Source: Candidatus Methylopumilus sp.
GTDB lineage: Bacteria; Pseudomonadota; Gammaproteobacteria; Burkholderiales; Methylophilaceae
Assembly (NCBI GenBank): GCA_041662005.1
Contig: JBAZTJ010000028.1
Location: forward strand, 1 to 24,818
DNA: 24,818 nucleotides
Direction: 5' to 3'
Below the pieces are notes generated by a model that was given only the letters and a program-made list of their open reading frames with translations, was not told the DNA's origin and did not search any database. The translations under genes were made by a program, and so were the position numbers. Below, piece by piece: positions 22,729 through 24,818 of this stretch (the first letter of the stretch is position 1; the number at the start of each line of letters is the position of its first letter).

Positions 22729-24174
22729 ATGTTTGATCTCATTAATTTTTTCCCCAGTTTTAATATAGTGACCTCCGCATTTGCATTTCTTGCATTCATC
22801 ATTCTACTTTCTGTTTGGCTCAGGCGCGTGGTGCCGACAAATGAAGTACACATCGTGCAATCTGGCAGTAAAACCATCTCATATGGCAACGGGCATGAGG
22901 CTGGGAACACCTATTTCGAATTTCCGGCATGGGTTCCAAAGCTAGGGGTTCTCGTATCTAAATACCCGGTTTCAGTGTTCTCGGAGGAACTGGTAGATTA
23001 CGAAGCCTACGATCAAGGACGGCTGCCTTTTGTCGTGGACGTAAAAGCCTTTTTCAGAATCAGTGATAGCAATACCGCAGCGCAGCGTGTCTCTTCATTT
23101 GAGGAAATGAAAAGCCAGCTAAATGCTATTTTGCAAGGTTGTGTGCGCAGCATTCTGGCTTCCAATGATATCGAATCCATCATGCAGGACCGCTCAAAAT
23201 TTGGTGAGGCATTTACCAAGGAAGTGGAAGCACAATTGGCTTCATGGGGTGTTTCAACTGTGAAAAGTATTGAGTTGATGGATATTCGAGATGCAGAGGG
23301 CTCTACTGTGATCCGCAACATCATGGACAAAAAGAAATCCCAGATAGAAATGGAAAGCCGTGTTGAAGTCGCAAAAAACAAGAAGCAGGCGGAAATTTCT
23401 GAAATTGATGCACAGCGCGAAACCGAAGTAAAAAAACAGGAGGCGCTGCAACAAGTGGGGATGCGTACTGCTGAGAAAGAGCGTGAAATCGGCATTGCCA
23501 ATGAAAAAGCCACTCAATCTATTTCAGAACAACAGAAAGTTACCAAAGAAAAGGAAATGGAAGTTGTGCAGGTGAGCGAAGTAAAGAAAGCTGAAATTGA
23601 TAAGCAAGTACAGGTGGTTGAGGCCGAAAAAATCCGGGAAACCTCTGTAATCAATGCAGAAGCCGAAAAGAAAACTTCGGTGATTAAGGCCGAAGCGGTA
23701 AAAGAGTCAACCTTAATCAAGGCTGAAGGGGAAAAGTCATCTTCAATTCTGATTGCAGATGGTAACTTCCAGGCCAAGCAATTTGAAGCTCAAGGGATAG
23801 AAAAAGAAGGTTCCGCCAAAGCTGCTGCTGAAAAAGCCATGCAACTGGCACTGGTGGAATCACAAATCACACTGGCCAAAGAAATCGGCACCAATGACGG
23901 CTATCAGCATTATCTGATTTCATTGAAGCAGGTCGAGGCGATTATTCAAGTAGGCACCGAACAGGCAAAAGCACTGGAGAAAGCTGACATTAAAGTCATC
24001 GCCAACGCCGGCGATGTTAATTCCGGCATCAACAAGGTGATGGACTTGTTCAGCGCCAATGGCGGAACCCAGATAGGCTCTATGCTGGAAGCCCTCTCAC
24101 AAACAGATGCAGGGAAGTCGCTAATTACCAAGTTTGCAGATAAGTCGGGATTAAAAACCCCAAAAACCGACTAG
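22729..24174 (+). CDS. Flotillin-family SPFH/band-7 protein with an N-terminal membrane hairpin and C-terminal E/A/K-rich flotillin repeats.
   Basis: N-terminal hydrophobic segment. SPFH-domain motifs. Repeated roughly 11-residue units (ETSVINAEAEKKTSVIKAEAVKESTLIKAEGEK). RBS AAGGA. The gene has noticeably lower GC than its neighbours. Confidence 0.85.
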   Translation: MFDLINFFPSFNIVTSAFAFLAFIILLSVWLRRVVPTNEVHIVQSGSKTISYGNGHEAGNTYFEFPAWVPKLGVLVSKYPVSVFSEELVDYEAYDQGRLPFVVDVKAFFRISDSNTAAQRVSSFEEMKSQLNAILQGCVRSILASNDIESIMQDRSKFGEAFTKEVEAQLASWGVSTVKSIELMDIRDAEGSTVIRNIMDKKKSQIEMESRVEVAKNKKQAEISEIDAQRETEVKKQEALQQVGMRTAEKEREIGIANEKATQSISEQQKVTKEKEMEVVQVSEVKKAEIDKQVQVVEAEKIRETSVINAEAEKKTSVIKAEAVKESTLIKAEGEKSSSILIADGNFQAKQFEAQGIEKEGSAKAAAEKAMQLALVESQITLAKEIGTNDGYQHYLISLKQVEAIIQVGTEQAKALEKADIKVIANAGDVNSGINKVMDLFSANGGTQIGSMLEALSQTDAGKSLITKFADKSGLKTPKTD

Positions 24175-24182
24175 CTGAATTC

Positions 24183-24213
24183 GCGCGGATGGGCTTTAGC
24201 CGCTCATCCGCGC
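24183..24213. terminator. Candidate bidirectional intrinsic terminator hairpin between the convergent flotillin and ppc genes.
   Basis: GCGCGGATGGGC-tttagcc-GCTCATCCGCGC forms a stem of about 12 bp including one G·U pair. A T-rich tail on the + strand is weak (CTCTT). Confidence 0.4.
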
Positions 24214-24227
24214 TCTTGATAGCAAGG

Positions 24228-24818
24228 CTAACCGGTATTCCTCAACCCTGCTGCAATGCCGTTGATCGACAGATGGATGCCAAGTTTCAGGCGTTCATCG
24301 GTTTCCCCGGCGCGGTAACGTTTGATCAGCTCCACCTGTAAGTGATTCAGTGGATCCAGATAAGGCAGGCGGTTCTTGATTGAGTTGGCCAACGTGGGGT
24401 TGTTACACAATCGCACTTCGCTGCTCAACAGTAGATTCAGGGCTTGTGTGGTTAACATGTACTCGTGCTCAATGCTGCTGAAAATCTCTTCGCGCAGCAC
24501 CTCATCTTCCACCAGCTGGGCATAGCGGCGTGCCACCACCAGGTCGGTTTTAGCCAGCACCATATCCACATTGGCGACTAAGGTCTTGAACAATGGCCAT
24601 TCATCCAGCATTTCGCGCAGGACTTGCGTACGCGACTGCCGAGCTTTTTCGTCGACGTCCAGATACTGGTGGATGGCACTACCCAGGCCAAACCAGCCCG
24701 GCAACAGCAACCGGCACTGTCCCCAGGAGAAGCCCCAGGGAATGGCGCGTAAATCTTCTATCCGGCGCGTGGACTTTCTGGCGGCCGGGCGGCTACCTAT
24801 ATTGAGCTCAGCGATCTC
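24228..24818 (-). CDS. ppc: Phosphoenolpyruvate carboxylase, C-terminal portion. The gene continues beyond the window edge.
   Basis: The C-terminus ...LSINGIAAGLRNTG matches the conserved PEPC tail. Upstream residues LLPGWFGLGSA and the in-frame extension beyond the ORF-track Met are typical PEPC motifs. Confidence 0.85.
   Translation of the reverse strand, partial: EIAELNIGSRPAARKSTRRIEDLRAIPWGFSWGQCRLLLPGWFGLGSAIHQYLDVDEKARQSRTQVLREMLDEWPLFKTLVANVDMVLAKTDLVVARRYAQLVEDEVLREEIFSSIEHEYMLTTQALNLLLSSEVRLCNNPTLANSIKNRLPYLDPLNHLQVELIKRYRAGETDERLKLGIHLSINGIAAGLRNTG

Overview
The window looks like betaproteobacterial-type chromosomal DNA with about 53% GC, and it is gene-dense with frequent stop/start overlaps. 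The left end carries cytochrome c maturation genes on the minus strand: ccmI, then ccmA, then ccmB, with ccmA and ccmB reading as one uninterrupted frame. Across a divergent AT-rich promoter region sits a tightly packed seven-gene plus-strand cluster at 2598-16884. It encodes a His-rich membrane protein, a membrane-anchored decaheme cytochrome of c7/c3 type, a lipoprotein with two tandem GlcG/DUF336 (HbpS-like) domains, an outer-membrane beta-barrel with an N-terminal SH3b-like domain, a 1280-aa decaheme cytochrome fused to a C-terminal LVIVD-repeat beta-propeller, a pentaheme cytochrome with one apparent CX4CH site, and a soluble 832-aa fusion of a TrxR-like flavoprotein, two cNMP-binding domains and two [4Fe-4S] ferredoxin domains. 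I read this cluster as a candidate trans-envelope (porin-cytochrome-like) electron-transfer module whose components do not match the classical MtrCAB/MtoAB layout, and it is the most interesting part of the window. Two c-di-GMP synthases follow directly downstream: a PleD-like REC-GGDEF protein and a 7TMR-DISM-GGDEF protein. The right end holds housekeeping and accessory genes: a CsgA/sniffer-type SDR, a FadL-family outer-membrane transporter, a low-GC flotillin and the 3' end of ppc. No rRNA, tRNA, CRISPR array or recognisable IS element was seen.
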